Shown in pieces: positions 41,819 through 52,508 of a stretch of 64,000 nt of DNA; position 1 is the stretch's first letter, and every line of letters begins with the position of its first letter. The stretch is from an uncultured Chthonomonadaceae bacterium (GTDB taxonomy: Bacteria; Armatimonadota; Chthonomonadetes; Chthonomonadales; Chthonomonadaceae). The notes under the pieces are model-generated. The model was not told where the DNA came from. It did not search any database and worked only from the letters and a program-made list of their open reading frames with translations. The translations under genes and the position numbers were made by a program. Where the stretch lies: positions 683,651 through 747,650 of the forward strand of contig CAWFQB010000003.1 in assembly GCA_963817895.1 (NCBI GenBank), written 5' to 3'.

Positions 41819-43081
41819 ATGATAGACGAAGCAATGGAACACGCGGGCGCGTTGAAGCGGCAACTGGTGCATTTTGGCGAGGCAAAAAGGTTCGCGAGTG
41901 ATCTGGTGGAAGCGCAATTCCACTATTTTGATTCGCCGGATCCAGTGAGCAACCCACAGCACGTCAGTTTTCTGGATTATTTCCTGCTTCAATACCGCCT
42001 TTCGGACGGCCTGACCGTTGTGGATCACTATGTCAACGACACGCCTTTATTGCCGCAAGCGGATAAGGACATTCTGCTCGGCTGGAAAAGCGTGGTGGAG
42101 GGCCTGTTCGAGATATTGCGTCATGAGGGCGATATTCTCGTGTTTGACAACCTGCTCAACGACGTTGTGTATCGCGTCCGTTCCAACATGGGGCGGGCGT
42201 ATTTCGACAAAATGCTGCCCGGCCACTATATCCGGGCGCGGATTGTCCCGATGGGCGCAGTCTGGATGCTGAGTGGCGCGATCACCATGTATCCGCCGTC
42301 CGGCAGAAACGAAGTCTTGCGCGCGTCCGCAGAAGCCGTTGTGAAGCAGCCATTTTTGCTGTATCGCAACCCTGATAAACGAGAACAGGCGATTAAGTTA
42401 CAAACAGCGGAAAAGCCGGACTTCGTTGCCTTCTTCGGTTCCAATCTGATTGTTGTGCCTGTGAGCGAATTGGCTGAAACCATGAGGGGCTACATGTCGC
42501 TTCGCGCGCAGATGGCGGAATTGGAGGCTCTCCCCATGCCGGGTTCCGCGTTGGGGCAGACAGGGACGCCTTTTCTGCTGCCGCTGCATCCCAATTTGCA
42601 GTACGAAAATAGAACATGGGCGAAGGACGTGGAAACGATTGGGATTACCTTTGATGACATTGAGGGAATGGAGTATCATCCCAACCTTGGCCTTGTCGTG
42701 GAAGCGTTCGCCGATCCTGAAAAGGTGAAAGAGGAACCCTATCGAAAAGCGGTAAGCGATTACGTTCAAAACCCGGATGTGTCTCTGCTTCCAATTCGTA
42801 TTCTGGCGGGCCGCGACCCGGAACGCGCCACGTGGGTAATACGCAATCTGCTGCCCCTGCCGGGTTTTGAATGGGGCAGGGACGGCGACAATCTGCTGCG
42901 CCAGTACAGACCGGACTACGAGCAAAAGATGCAACCTGGCGCGATCCCCCTGAGTGAACGCCTGATCGAAGCGCTGCAACTGCCGCTTCCGCCCGCTGCC
43001 CCGCCCGCCGGAAAGCAGGTAGGACGCAACGAACCCTGTCCCTGCGGCAGCGGCAAAAAATACAAACAGTGCTGCGGCTAA
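41819..43081 (+). CDS. SEC-C motif protein
   Basis: C-terminal [19 protein letters not shown]. Confidence 0.8.
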   Translation: MIDEAMEHAGALKRQLVHFGEAKRFASDLVEAQFHYFDSPDPVSNPQHVSFLDYFLLQYRLSDGLTVVDHYVNDTPLLPQADKDILLGWKSVVEGLFEILRHEGDILVFDNLLNDVVYRVRSNMGRAYFDKMLPGHYIRARIVPMGAVWMLSGAITMYPPSGRNEVLRASAEAVVKQPFLLYRNPDKREQAIKLQTAEKPDFVAFFGSNLIVVPVSELAETMRGYMSLRAQMAELEALPMPGSALGQTGTPFLLPLHPNLQYENRTWAKDVETIGITFDDIEGMEYHPNLGLVVEAFADPEKVKEEPYRKAVSDYVQNPDVSLLPIRILAGRDPERATWVIRNLLPLPGFEWGRDGDNLLRQYRPDYEQKMQPGAIPLSERLIEALQLPLPPAAPPAGKQVGRNEPCPCGSGKKYKQCCG

Positions 43082-43146
43082 ACCGCGCCGTTGGAACTGG
43101 ACGCAGACACAAAGCGCAAGAAGAGCAGAAGGAGAAAGGCAACGAT

Positions 43147-43461
43147 ATGGCTGACGAGATGAGCAAGCGGGAAGAGATCGAGGAAATTCTGACGGACGCT
43201 TATGGCGAGTACGAGCAGATGAGCGCGTGGGAAAACACTTTTTTGGAGCAGGTAGAAACGCCATTCAAGGCCAATCTGATGGGCAGTCCGGTGGAGGTCC
43301 TCGGCTTTCAGGTCGGCGCAAGCGACACGCTGCAATGTGAGGTGAAAGCGAAAGGCAAACAGCGCTGGATTGCCGTAGAAGATTTGGACGAGGAGGGTCT
43401 GCCGGAAGATGCCGCGCATTATCTCGACCTGTATCAATCGTGGCTGGAAGGCGGCTACTGA
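43147..43461 (+). CDS. Acidic calcium-binding protein (CcbP-like)
   Basis: EEILTDAYGEYEQMSAW..ETPFKA..YQSW pattern; very acidic. Confidence 0.6.
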   Translation: MADEMSKREEIEEILTDAYGEYEQMSAWENTFLEQVETPFKANLMGSPVEVLGFQVGASDTLQCEVKAKGKQRWIAVEDLDEEGLPEDAAHYLDLYQSWLEGGY

Positions 43462-43516
43462 TCCTCTTGACGAATGCGCCGGAACTTGCTACGCGAAAAA
43501 GATGAAGGATGAAATC

Positions 43517-44023
43517 ATGGCAATCATACCTGAGATGCCCTTGACTCCTGAAAACGCTTATGAACATGCAATGAGAATTATAGAACAGAAATGGCTGGAC
43601 GCTGGAGTCACACAGGAAGAGATTGATCAAAGCGAAGAATTCACAGATATTTTTGATCGTCTGGTAGGATCAGGTTACGCGCGGGAGATTATCTATGCGG
43701 CATGGGACGCGGATTATACCGGGTATGATAATCCGGCCCTCGCCTTATACCTGCGCCTGCTTGCTATCGCCGAACGCGCCCTGCCCGCCACCGATCCCAT
43801 GCTGTCACAAATTCTGTTCAGCCTTGCGAAGCAGTATCAGGCAAGCGGCAATCCGGCGGCTGCCGAACCGCTCTATGCCCGCGCCCTGACCCTGCGAGAA
43901 CAAACGTTCGGCATACAACATCCCTTAACCATACAAGCGCGTGAGGCTTATACGGCCTTGCTGTGTGCCGCAAATAGATGCGACGAGGCTGATAAACTGC
44001 AAACCATGCTCGTGCCTGCCTGA
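43517..44023 (+). CDS. Tetratricopeptide repeat protein
   Basis: LAKQYQASGNPAAAEPLYARALTLREQTFGIQHP (kinesin-light-chain-type TPR). Confidence 0.75.
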   Translation: MAIIPEMPLTPENAYEHAMRIIEQKWLDAGVTQEEIDQSEEFTDIFDRLVGSGYAREIIYAAWDADYTGYDNPALALYLRLLAIAERALPATDPMLSQILFSLAKQYQASGNPAAAEPLYARALTLREQTFGIQHPLTIQAREAYTALLCAANRCDEADKLQTMLVPA

Positions 44024-44140
44024 CTATGAAAATTTTGCCTTCGTGGAAGGAAGTCGCTACTTGCAAAGCGAAGATTGTATTGTAGAAATGCAAAACCATC
44101 AACACACATCCACGCAGGAACGTCAGAAAGCGACCACACG

Positions 44141-46468
44141 ATGCAACCGGGCAGCAAACTGGGAAAATACGAAATCTTACAATGGTTAGGTGGTGGCGCG
44201 GCAGGCACAGTCTGGCTTGCTAAAGATACGACGCTGAACAAAAATGTTGCCCTGAAAACCATTGAAACGCACCCAGACAACCGCCAGGAAACGCTGAAAG
44301 AAGCGCAAATTCTGGATCGTCTGAATCATCCTGCTCCGCATCCTCACATTGTTCGCTTCCACACCGCTAGCATTGAACCTCCTTACGTTGTTCTTGATAT
44401 GGAGTACATCAAAGGACAAACGTTGAGCAGACTGCTGGAAGCGGAAGAGTCTCTTTCTCTTGAACGCTCCATAGAAATCGCTGCGCATGTTCTTGACGCG
44501 CTTGCCTTTGCCCGAACTAAGCACATTTGTCACCGAGATATCAAACCTGCGAACATTCTTATTGGAACTGATGGTTGCGTAATGCTGACGGATTTCGGTA
44601 TTGCTGACCACTTGGACACTAAATCTGTGATGGTTGGAGGCGGATCCCCGGCCTACATGGCGCCTGAAGTATTTGCGCCAACCCCGCAGATGGATTATCA
44701 GTCGGATGTTTGGTCAGTTGGAGTTGTGCTGTATGAGATGTTAAGCGGACAGCGACCCTTCAAACCATCAAAAGGCACACCTGAATGTACAACACAGGCA
44801 CGTTGGCAGGAGGCAATTACGACACAAACCCCAAGGCCGATTACGACATTCGTGCTGGACGCCCCGCCTGCTCTGCAAATCGTGCTGAACCGCGCTCTGG
44901 CTGTCAAGAAGAGTGAGCGATTTCCAAGTGCGCAGGAGTTCTATGACACGCTCGTTCGAACTCGTCTTTACAATCCGCCTCTGACAAAAGAGGAGATGGA
45001 ACGCGAACGGCATTTCCGTCAAGTGTTTGCGTCCATCGAGAAATGGATGGATAATGCCGTACAACCAGTGCAGGTAATAGGCTTTAAGGATGTCGTTCGT
45101 GAGTACGCGAGGCAAAATCCGGCTTGGTCTGATACAGATGAGCTGCTGCGACTTGCGAACATACGCAACCGCTTCTCTCACGAACTTACGCAGGAGAATG
45201 AGCGTCGCCTATTGCCCACACTTGCCGATATTGCTTTGATTGAGCGTATCAATACGGCTCTTGTTTCAACCTTGCCGGAACGCTCCCCGTCCACGACAAC
45301 TACGGTCAACCCCATTACCACCTGCAAGCCAAAACCGCTAGAAGTGAAAGCGAACCTTGTCAATGAGTCTGCACAGCAGCCTGTCGCCTCCGCCGCAACA
45401 CTGCCAGTTCAACCGGTGAACAACGATAACAGCGAGCCAGAGATAGCGAAAGTTGACCATGTGGCTGTTTCAGTACAAATAGCCGCTGAACAATCCAGCA
45501 GGAGCAAGCAAACATCTCAACGACAGGCGAAATCACCAGAAAGAGTAGAACAGACTGCCAAGCCACAGCCCGTTCGTGACCGCAAACCGTTGAGCCAACC
45601 GAAGGCTGTACGGACGAGATTACGACGCTTCCTGTTCAGTACGTCCATTCTCTGTACCTTCTGCGCACTTGTCTGGTTTACAATGTCTATGGTTGCATCA
45701 AAGCAGCGACAACATCGGTTCGACCAGATTCTTGCAGATGCGGTCAAACGCAATGATGTTAACGGTGTGCGAGATGCGCTTCATCAGGGAGCCAACCCCA
45801 ATGGTCTTGATAAAGAGGGCCAGTCCATCTTCGGAATCTCACAAGAAAGTTACGACATAAGTGTTGATCAGGCAAACTCTACTATGGAGGCCGCGGGAGA
45901 TACAAAAAGATATGAGTATTATAATTCTGCAATCATGCAAGCTATGCTTGATGCACGAGCCGATGTCAGCAAATCCACCTTCGACGGAACACTCCCGTTT
46001 ATAACCTCAGTACGTTTCGAATCTCCGGGAACAGTTCAATGCTTTCTGAATCATGGTTGTAGGATCAATTCAAGGGGCAATACTTCTTTCGTAAACTCCG
46101 ATGTAGACAAAGGGGAAATGATTTCCGGGCTAACTGCAGTACATGCGGCGACTGTACGCAAGGATACTGCCGTTCTCAAACTACTGCTTGAAAATAACGT
46201 ATATATCAATGTTCAGAATAAATTAGATAAAAATTATATAAAATTCCATTGTGGGTATAATGTTGAATACCAGAAGTTGCCAGATGGAGTGACCGCGCTT
46301 ATGCTAGCTGCCGGGAACAAAAGAAACACCGCCCTGAAAATGTTGCTTGGATATGGCGCGGATACTAACCTCGTGGACAACAAAGGCCGAACTGCACTGA
46401 CTTATGCCAAACTGGCCCATAACGACATTGGGGTTCAATTGCTAAAAAACGCGGGAGCAAGACTGTGA
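44141..46468 (+). CDS. Hanks-type Ser/Thr kinase fused to a putative HEPN domain, TM helix and ankyrin repeats
   Basis: GGGAAGTVW, VALK, HRDIKPANIL, DFG, YMAPE, SDVWSVG; RNRFSH; TM; GxTA(L/V) ankyrin repeats. Confidence 0.85.
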   Translation: MQPGSKLGKYEILQWLGGGAAGTVWLAKDTTLNKNVALKTIETHPDNRQETLKEAQILDRLNHPAPHPHIVRFHTASIEPPYVVLDMEYIKGQTLSRLLEAEESLSLERSIEIAAHVLDALAFARTKHICHRDIKPANILIGTDGCVMLTDFGIADHLDTKSVMVGGGSPAYMAPEVFAPTPQMDYQSDVWSVGVVLYEMLSGQRPFKPSKGTPECTTQARWQEAITTQTPRPITTFVLDAPPALQIVLNRALAVKKSERFPSAQEFYDTLVRTRLYNPPLTKEEMERERHFRQVFASIEKWMDNAVQPVQVIGFKDVVREYARQNPAWSDTDELLRLANIRNRFSHELTQENERRLLPTLADIALIERINTALVSTLPERSPSTTTTVNPITTCKPKPLEVKANLVNESAQQPVASAATLPVQPVNNDNSEPEIAKVDHVAVSVQIAAEQSSRSKQTSQRQAKSPERVEQTAKPQPVRDRKPLSQPKAVRTRLRRFLFSTSILCTFCALVWFTMSMVASKQRQHRFDQILADAVKRNDVNGVRDALHQGANPNGLDKEGQSIFGISQESYDISVDQANSTMEAAGDTKRYEYYNSAIMQAMLDARADVSKSTFDGTLPFITSVRFESPGTVQCFLNHGCRINSRGNTSFVNSDVDKGEMISGLTAVHAATVRKDTAVLKLLLENNVYINVQNKLDKNYIKFHCGYNVEYQKLPDGVTALMLAAGNKRNTALKMLLGYGADTNLVDNKGRTALTYAKLAHNDIGVQLLKNAGARL

Positions 46469-46782
46469 TTTCCGGTTCATCCGAAATGGAACCAACCATA
46501 TCAACCATACAGGCAACGCTTCTTGATTTGTTGCCGAGTAATCCGTCTGCATTGTTGTACGAGAAGCAGGCGCGCTACAAAGGTGGAAGCCGCTTGTTTA
46601 CGCAGAAGGTAAATGTACCGGATGAAAGTTTGTTTCAGCGTCTATGCCATGAAGCGAGCAAAGGCAGCGAGATCAAAATAACTGTCACAACGGAATGGCG
46701 CGAAGATCATAGTGTCGCTTACGTTTCAGATGCCGAACTACTGCAAACGGCTACTTGCGAAGCCCTTGTAAGCGCGGCGTAA
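46465..46782 (+). CDS. Hypothetical protein coupled to the kinase gene
   Basis: 105-aa ORF; GTGA overlap with the kinase stop. Confidence 0.55.
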   Translation: MISGSSEMEPTISTIQATLLDLLPSNPSALLYEKQARYKGGSRLFTQKVNVPDESLFQRLCHEASKGSEIKITVTTEWREDHSVAYVSDAELLQTATCEALVSAA

Positions 46783-46814
46783 GCAGGGAAGCAAACACCT
46801 GTCGGCAGATTTGT

Positions 46815-47150
46815 TCAGGTGACGGCAAATTCGGTGAACTTGCGTTTTGCGGGGTGATGAAATCCTAAGACGATCTGTTCCTGTGGGATGCCGGCTTCCA
46901 GCAGTTCATCTACAATCCCGTTTTTTGTGCCGTCGTGCTGCACCCATAGTTTGTTGTCCCGAAAGTCAATATGGATTACGCTGCCGTGTACGCGCCGCAC
47001 TCCGTCCCAACCGGTGTAGAACAGGATGTAGTGACCATGTTCGTCATCGAACACGGTTTCCGCAGTAACATTGGCATAGGCGGGAATGAAGTCCGCATAT
47101 TCTTGAATGATGCGCTTCACAACCGCGCGATAATTTTCTACTCGATCCAT
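46815..47150 (-). CDS. xisI: XisI family protein
   Basis: FDDEHGHY..GWDG.RRVHGSVIHID..WVQHDGT..IVDELLEAGIPQEQIVLGFH. Confidence 0.9.
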   Translation of the reverse strand: MDRVENYRAVVKRIIQEYADFIPAYANVTAETVFDDEHGHYILFYTGWDGVRRVHGSVIHIDFRDNKLWVQHDGTKNGIVDELLEAGIPQEQIVLGFHHPAKRKFTEFAVT

Positions 47151-47554
47151 CTTACGATGTTCTCTCCTTCGGCATCAAACAGCAGCAAGCGAATCATTGT
47201 TGCGGCAACCAGATCGCGCGCATCCGCCGTATTGAAAACGGCCTCGTAAGTGTCGGCGGAAACGCATAGAAACAGGGTACGTTCCGGCTCCTTGCGCTGA
47301 ATAAGAAAGCGGTACAGCGTGAATTGACCGAGCGCGCGTTCCAAATCCGTCATAGGAGATTTGCCGAGAAAACTTTTGATCTCGACAGCAATTTTGCGCC
47401 CCTCCTTCTCGGCCCCGATAGGCGCTTCTGCTCCCAAATCAACGTACAGGTCTTCCTCGCCGAATTTAAGTGGATAGGGGTCATGCGTAATTACCCACCC
47501 CTCGGCTTCCAGCGCTTGTCGGACGATAGCATGGTAGGTATCTTTACGCGGCAA
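47138..47554 (-). CDS. xisH: XisH family PD-(D/E)XK protein
   Basis: KDTYHAIVRQALEAEGWVITHDP, VDLGAE, IAVEIKSF, ALGQF. Confidence 0.9.
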   Translation of the reverse strand: MPRKDTYHAIVRQALEAEGWVITHDPYPLKFGEEDLYVDLGAEAPIGAEKEGRKIAVEIKSFLGKSPMTDLERALGQFTLYRFLIQRKEPERTLFLCVSADTYEAVFNTADARDLVAATMIRLLLFDAEGENIVRWIE

Positions 47555-47621
47555 CGTCTTCGCTCCTTATGGCGTTATTATATACCATACGCCTGATTAC
47601 AGCAAGAGGTAAGAAACGAAC

Positions 47622-47658
47622 AACGCCCCGCTTTCCAAAATATGGAAAGCGGGGCGTT
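47622..47658 (-). terminator. Intrinsic terminator of groESL
   Basis: aacgccccgctttcca-aaata-tggaaagcggggcgtt followed by a T-rich tract on the minus strand. Confidence 0.7.
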
Positions 47659-47725
47659 TAGTTTTGGACAAGAAGCGGAAGCAGGATTGACCTACTCCCT
47701 ACTTCCCACTCCCTACTGCCTGTTC

Positions 47726-49471
<1,746 letters not shown>

Positions 49472-49474
49472 TTA

Positions 49475-49765
49475 CTACCCTTCCAAAATCGCAAAAATCT
49501 GATCTTCGTCCAAAAGCACGTAGTCGGAACCGTCCATTTTAACGTCCGTGCCGCCGTACTTGGAATACACTACTTTGTCGCCAACGGTGACGGACAAGGG
49601 TTTGATTGTGCCGTCGTCCAGCAAACGCCCGGAGCCTACGGCGATGACCGTACCCTCCTGCGGTTTCTTTTTAGCGGCGTCGGGCAGAAAAATGCCTCCC
49701 GCGCTTTTATCGTCCGCATCACTGGGTTTCACAACAACCTTGTCGCGCAGTGGTCGCAATGCCAT
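49475..49765 (-). CDS. groES: Co-chaperonin GroES
   Basis: LRPLRDKVVVK, GGIFLPD, VGDKVVYSKYGGT. Confidence 0.97.
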   Translation of the reverse strand: MALRPLRDKVVVKPSDADDKSAGGIFLPDAAKKKPQEGTVIAVGSGRLLDDGTIKPLSVTVGDKVVYSKYGGTDVKMDGSDYVLLDEDQIFAILEG

Positions 49766-49813
49766 TCGCGTTCCTCCTGTCAGAATAGCTCGCCGAGCGA
49801 GCGCTTGGGATAA

Positions 49814-49840
49814 TTAGCGCTCTACGTGTGCGAGTGCTAA
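49814..49840 (-). promoter_or_regulatory. CIRCE element (HrcA operator)
   Basis: TTAGCGCTC-N9-GAGTGCTAA, one mismatch to the TTAGCACTC-N9-GAGTGCTAA consensus. Confidence 0.92.
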
Positions 49841-49843
49841 AAA

Positions 49844-49873
49844 AGGATACAACATTGCGCAGGGGATTGTCAA
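49844..49873 (-). promoter_or_regulatory. Sigma-A promoter of groESL
   Basis: TTGACA-N18-TATCCT directly upstream of CIRCE. Confidence 0.65.
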
Positions 49874-50006
49874 GTAGCCTGTAAAAATTATCATCCACAA
49901 TCAGGCCGAACTCCCCGCCCCGAATATTTGTTTCCAAATACAGGAACAACGTATAGAATAGCCGAATGATGGGAGCGTGAAGCGTAAGCATGGGCAGGAG
50001 GCTGCG

Positions 50007-50777
50007 GTGACGAACGAGGCAAAAACGGCGTTGTTGGTGATGTGCGACATCAGCGGCTATACACAGTTCATGGTGTCGCATCGGGAGTCGCTGGCGCACG
50101 GGCAAATTATCATTACGCAACTGATACAAACGCTGCTGCGCGAAGCCAAAATGCCGCTTGTCGTCGCCAAACTGGAAGGGGACGCGATTTTCCTGTACTG
50201 CGTCCTTGCGCCCGATATGCCCGCGCTTCAGGTTCGCGATGTGCTGGCAAAGATGAGCGGTTTCTTCGTCGCGTTCGACGCCAAGTTGTTGGAACTGGCG
50301 CAATCCAATATCTGCCCCTGCGAAGCGTGTCGCCATACGGAAGCCCTCCGCCTGAAAATTCTGCTGCATGTCGGAACCGCGCTGATGCACCGCATCGGGC
50401 GCTTCACCGAACTGGCGGGAACCGACGTGATTTTAATTCATCGCCTGCTGAAGAACTCTCTGGAAGCGAAGCAGTACCTGCTGCTGACCGAAACCGCCCG
50501 GAATGTGGCCGGACTGGAAGCCGCGCCCTGCGATTATGAGGGCGTGGAGGAGTACGACGCGCTGGGCGAAGTCAATATTTATGCGTACTTCCCACCCCTG
50601 AATTTCGCGCCACAAATGCAGCCACTCCCAAAGCGCAATTACGCCACGCTATGGTATAAAACAAAGAACATCCTCCTGAAAATACTGTATACGCGGCTGA
50701 CATTTTTGCATTTGAAACGCCGTCCCTTCTTCCGCAATCTGGCTTCGAAAGAAACGCGCAGCCAAACGAATTCCTAA
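50007..50777 (+). CDS. DUF2652 / class III nucleotide cyclase-fold protein
   Basis: CDISGYTQF, KLEGDAIF, CPCEAC, LKILLHVG, GTDVILIHRLLKN. Confidence 0.75.
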   Translation: MTNEAKTALLVMCDISGYTQFMVSHRESLAHGQIIITQLIQTLLREAKMPLVVAKLEGDAIFLYCVLAPDMPALQVRDVLAKMSGFFVAFDAKLLELAQSNICPCEACRHTEALRLKILLHVGTALMHRIGRFTELAGTDVILIHRLLKNSLEAKQYLLLTETARNVAGLEAAPCDYEGVEEYDALGEVNIYAYFPPLNFAPQMQPLPKRNYATLWYKTKNILLKILYTRLTFLHLKRRPFFRNLASKETRSQTNS

Positions 50778-50877
50778 ATGTATGTTGCTTCTAGTAGTCG
50801 GTCCGTCAAAAACCATTTTTCGGCTCAACAGGCAGGTACAATAGAGATAGTCTTTGCAGTAGAATTAGGAGGCTTCA

Positions 50878-51135
50878 ATGACGCAAATCGCTATCAAACA
50901 GGCGGAAACGCAACTGACTCAGCTGGTACAGGCGGCTCGGCGTGGTGAAGATATTGTTCTCATGGAGAACGATACACCGGTAGCCCGTCTGGTATCTATT
51001 GCCGAACCCGAATCCAAGCCCAAACCGCGCCCGCAGTTTGGCAGCGGCAAGGGATTGATTCTCTACATGGCTCCTGACTTCGATGCCCCAATTGGAGAAT
51101 GTGCCGTTGCGCCCACTTCCTGTGAAGCGGAATGA
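50878..51135 (+). CDS. Phd/YefM family antitoxin
   Basis: IKQAETQLTQLV..A.RGEDIVL..PVARLV..RPQFGSGKG..MAPDFDAP. Confidence 0.8.
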   Translation: MTQIAIKQAETQLTQLVQAARRGEDIVLMENDTPVARLVSIAEPESKPKPRPQFGSGKGLILYMAPDFDAPIGECAVAPTSCEAE

Positions 51136-51452
51136 GCTATACTGAGCAAAGGTTATGTGAAATGAACATAGATATAAAGTCAATTGTTGAGCAATGCTCA
51201 ATGCTCCGTTTGCAAATCAACAAAGGTGAGCGACACCGAATAATGCGTAATGGCGTGAGGCGAGGAAGCCTTTGGGTGACGCCTGGAACCAACTGCTACT
51301 GTGTTTGCGTCACTGGTGAAACTGAGGCAATTTTGTACGATTTTCTACGCAGCGATTTCGGGGCTGAAACTGGCGAAGATCAAGGAAAGAAGTATTGGAA
51401 TGTCATCAGCATCAAGGATGTTGATAAAATCATTCGGCAATTCGACAAATAG
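51132..51452 (+). CDS. Hypothetical protein (lower GC), translationally coupled to the antitoxin
   Basis: 106-aa ORF; ATGA overlap. Confidence 0.45.
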   Translation: MSYTEQRLCEMNIDIKSIVEQCSMLRLQINKGERHRIMRNGVRRGSLWVTPGTNCYCVCVTGETEAILYDFLRSDFGAETGEDQGKKYWNVISIKDVDKIIRQFDK

Positions 51453-51614
51453 ACGCGCAGTAACTATGCGCGACGGTCCCAATATACGATAAAGGAGAAC
51501 ACGGTTCTTTGCATCCCGGTTTTGGCAATAATGGTTTGTGCTGTCAGAGCAATGAGCGTGAAGGCGCGGCAGTGTGTGTTATACTATTCAGCATACACGC
51601 AGGAGGTACAAACA

Positions 51615-51911
51615 ATGAATGAGACGGCGTATCGGACATGGCAGGCGCTGCATGACCGATGGGCGCAGGGCGAAGCGCTGACCCCGGAAGAGCAAGAAGT
51701 GTATGAGGCGGGTTGCGCCGAACTGGACGCCGAAGAGGTTTTGCCAGGAAGCCTAAAGAACTTACAGGCTATTCATGCCAAAGCGAAGGAGTTGGACGCG
51801 CAGATTGCCCGCGCGCAGTCAGAATCCGTCGCGCTGCGGACGCAAATCGCGGAAACAGAAACCCGTTTAAGTGAAGCGACCCGCCGCAGGCTAGGCCTTT
51901 CCACCCACTGA
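51615..51911 (+). CDS. Hypothetical coiled-coil protein
   Basis: AGGAGG RBS; overlaps the HNH start (TGATG). Confidence 0.6.
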   Translation: MNETAYRTWQALHDRWAQGEALTPEEQEVYEAGCAELDAEEVLPGSLKNLQAIHAKAKELDAQIARAQSESVALRTQIAETETRLSEATRRRLGLSTH

Positions 51912-52411
51912 TGGCCCACCCAAAACATGAACAAGTACGGCAACGCTACAATTTTTGCTGCGGCTATTGCGGCGTGTCTGAGACAAGCAGCGGCGGTGAA
52001 CTGACGATTGACCATTTCGGCCCTGTGTCCAAAAACGGCGACGATAGTGACGCTAATCTTGTCTATGCCTGTAGCCGATGCAATCTGTTCAAGAGCGACT
52101 TCTTTCCTGACCCGGCAACTTCCGCGCCGGAACACCGCCTGCTGCATCCACTTTTGGACAATACGGAATTGCATTTTCGGGAGGATGATTATGGACGCCT
52201 TCAGTCTTTGAGCGTCACCGGTTTATTCCACATCCGAAAACTGCGATTGAACCGGCCTCAACTCGTGGATTACAGACTGATGAAGCAGGAAGAACGGCTA
52301 TGGCAGGAGCGTATTCAGCATCTTGAGCGAATGCTCGGCGATGTAAATGTTTCCATAGAAGAATTGCGAGAACTGTCAGAGCGTTTAAGGCAGGATATTG
52401 GCGATAAGTGA
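51911..52411 (+). CDS. HNH endonuclease
   Basis: CGYCG..LTIDHF.P..NLVYACSRCNLFK. Confidence 0.85.
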   Translation: MAHPKHEQVRQRYNFCCGYCGVSETSSGGELTIDHFGPVSKNGDDSDANLVYACSRCNLFKSDFFPDPATSAPEHRLLHPLLDNTELHFREDDYGRLQSLSVTGLFHIRKLRLNRPQLVDYRLMKQEERLWQERIQHLERMLGDVNVSIEELRELSERLRQDIGDK

Positions 52412-52508
52412 TGCGTATGGTTTGCGTGGAGCGGGTTCGGCAGTGGCAGGGGACTGATTTTGTACAGGTCCCCCGATTCCGGCGCGCCACTTGAAAATTT
52501 CAAACAGG

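Noticed and set aside
46815..47554. fdxN-type excision element
   Set aside because: No serine recombinase (xisF) or interrupted target gene nearby; stand-alone XisH/XisI pairs are common
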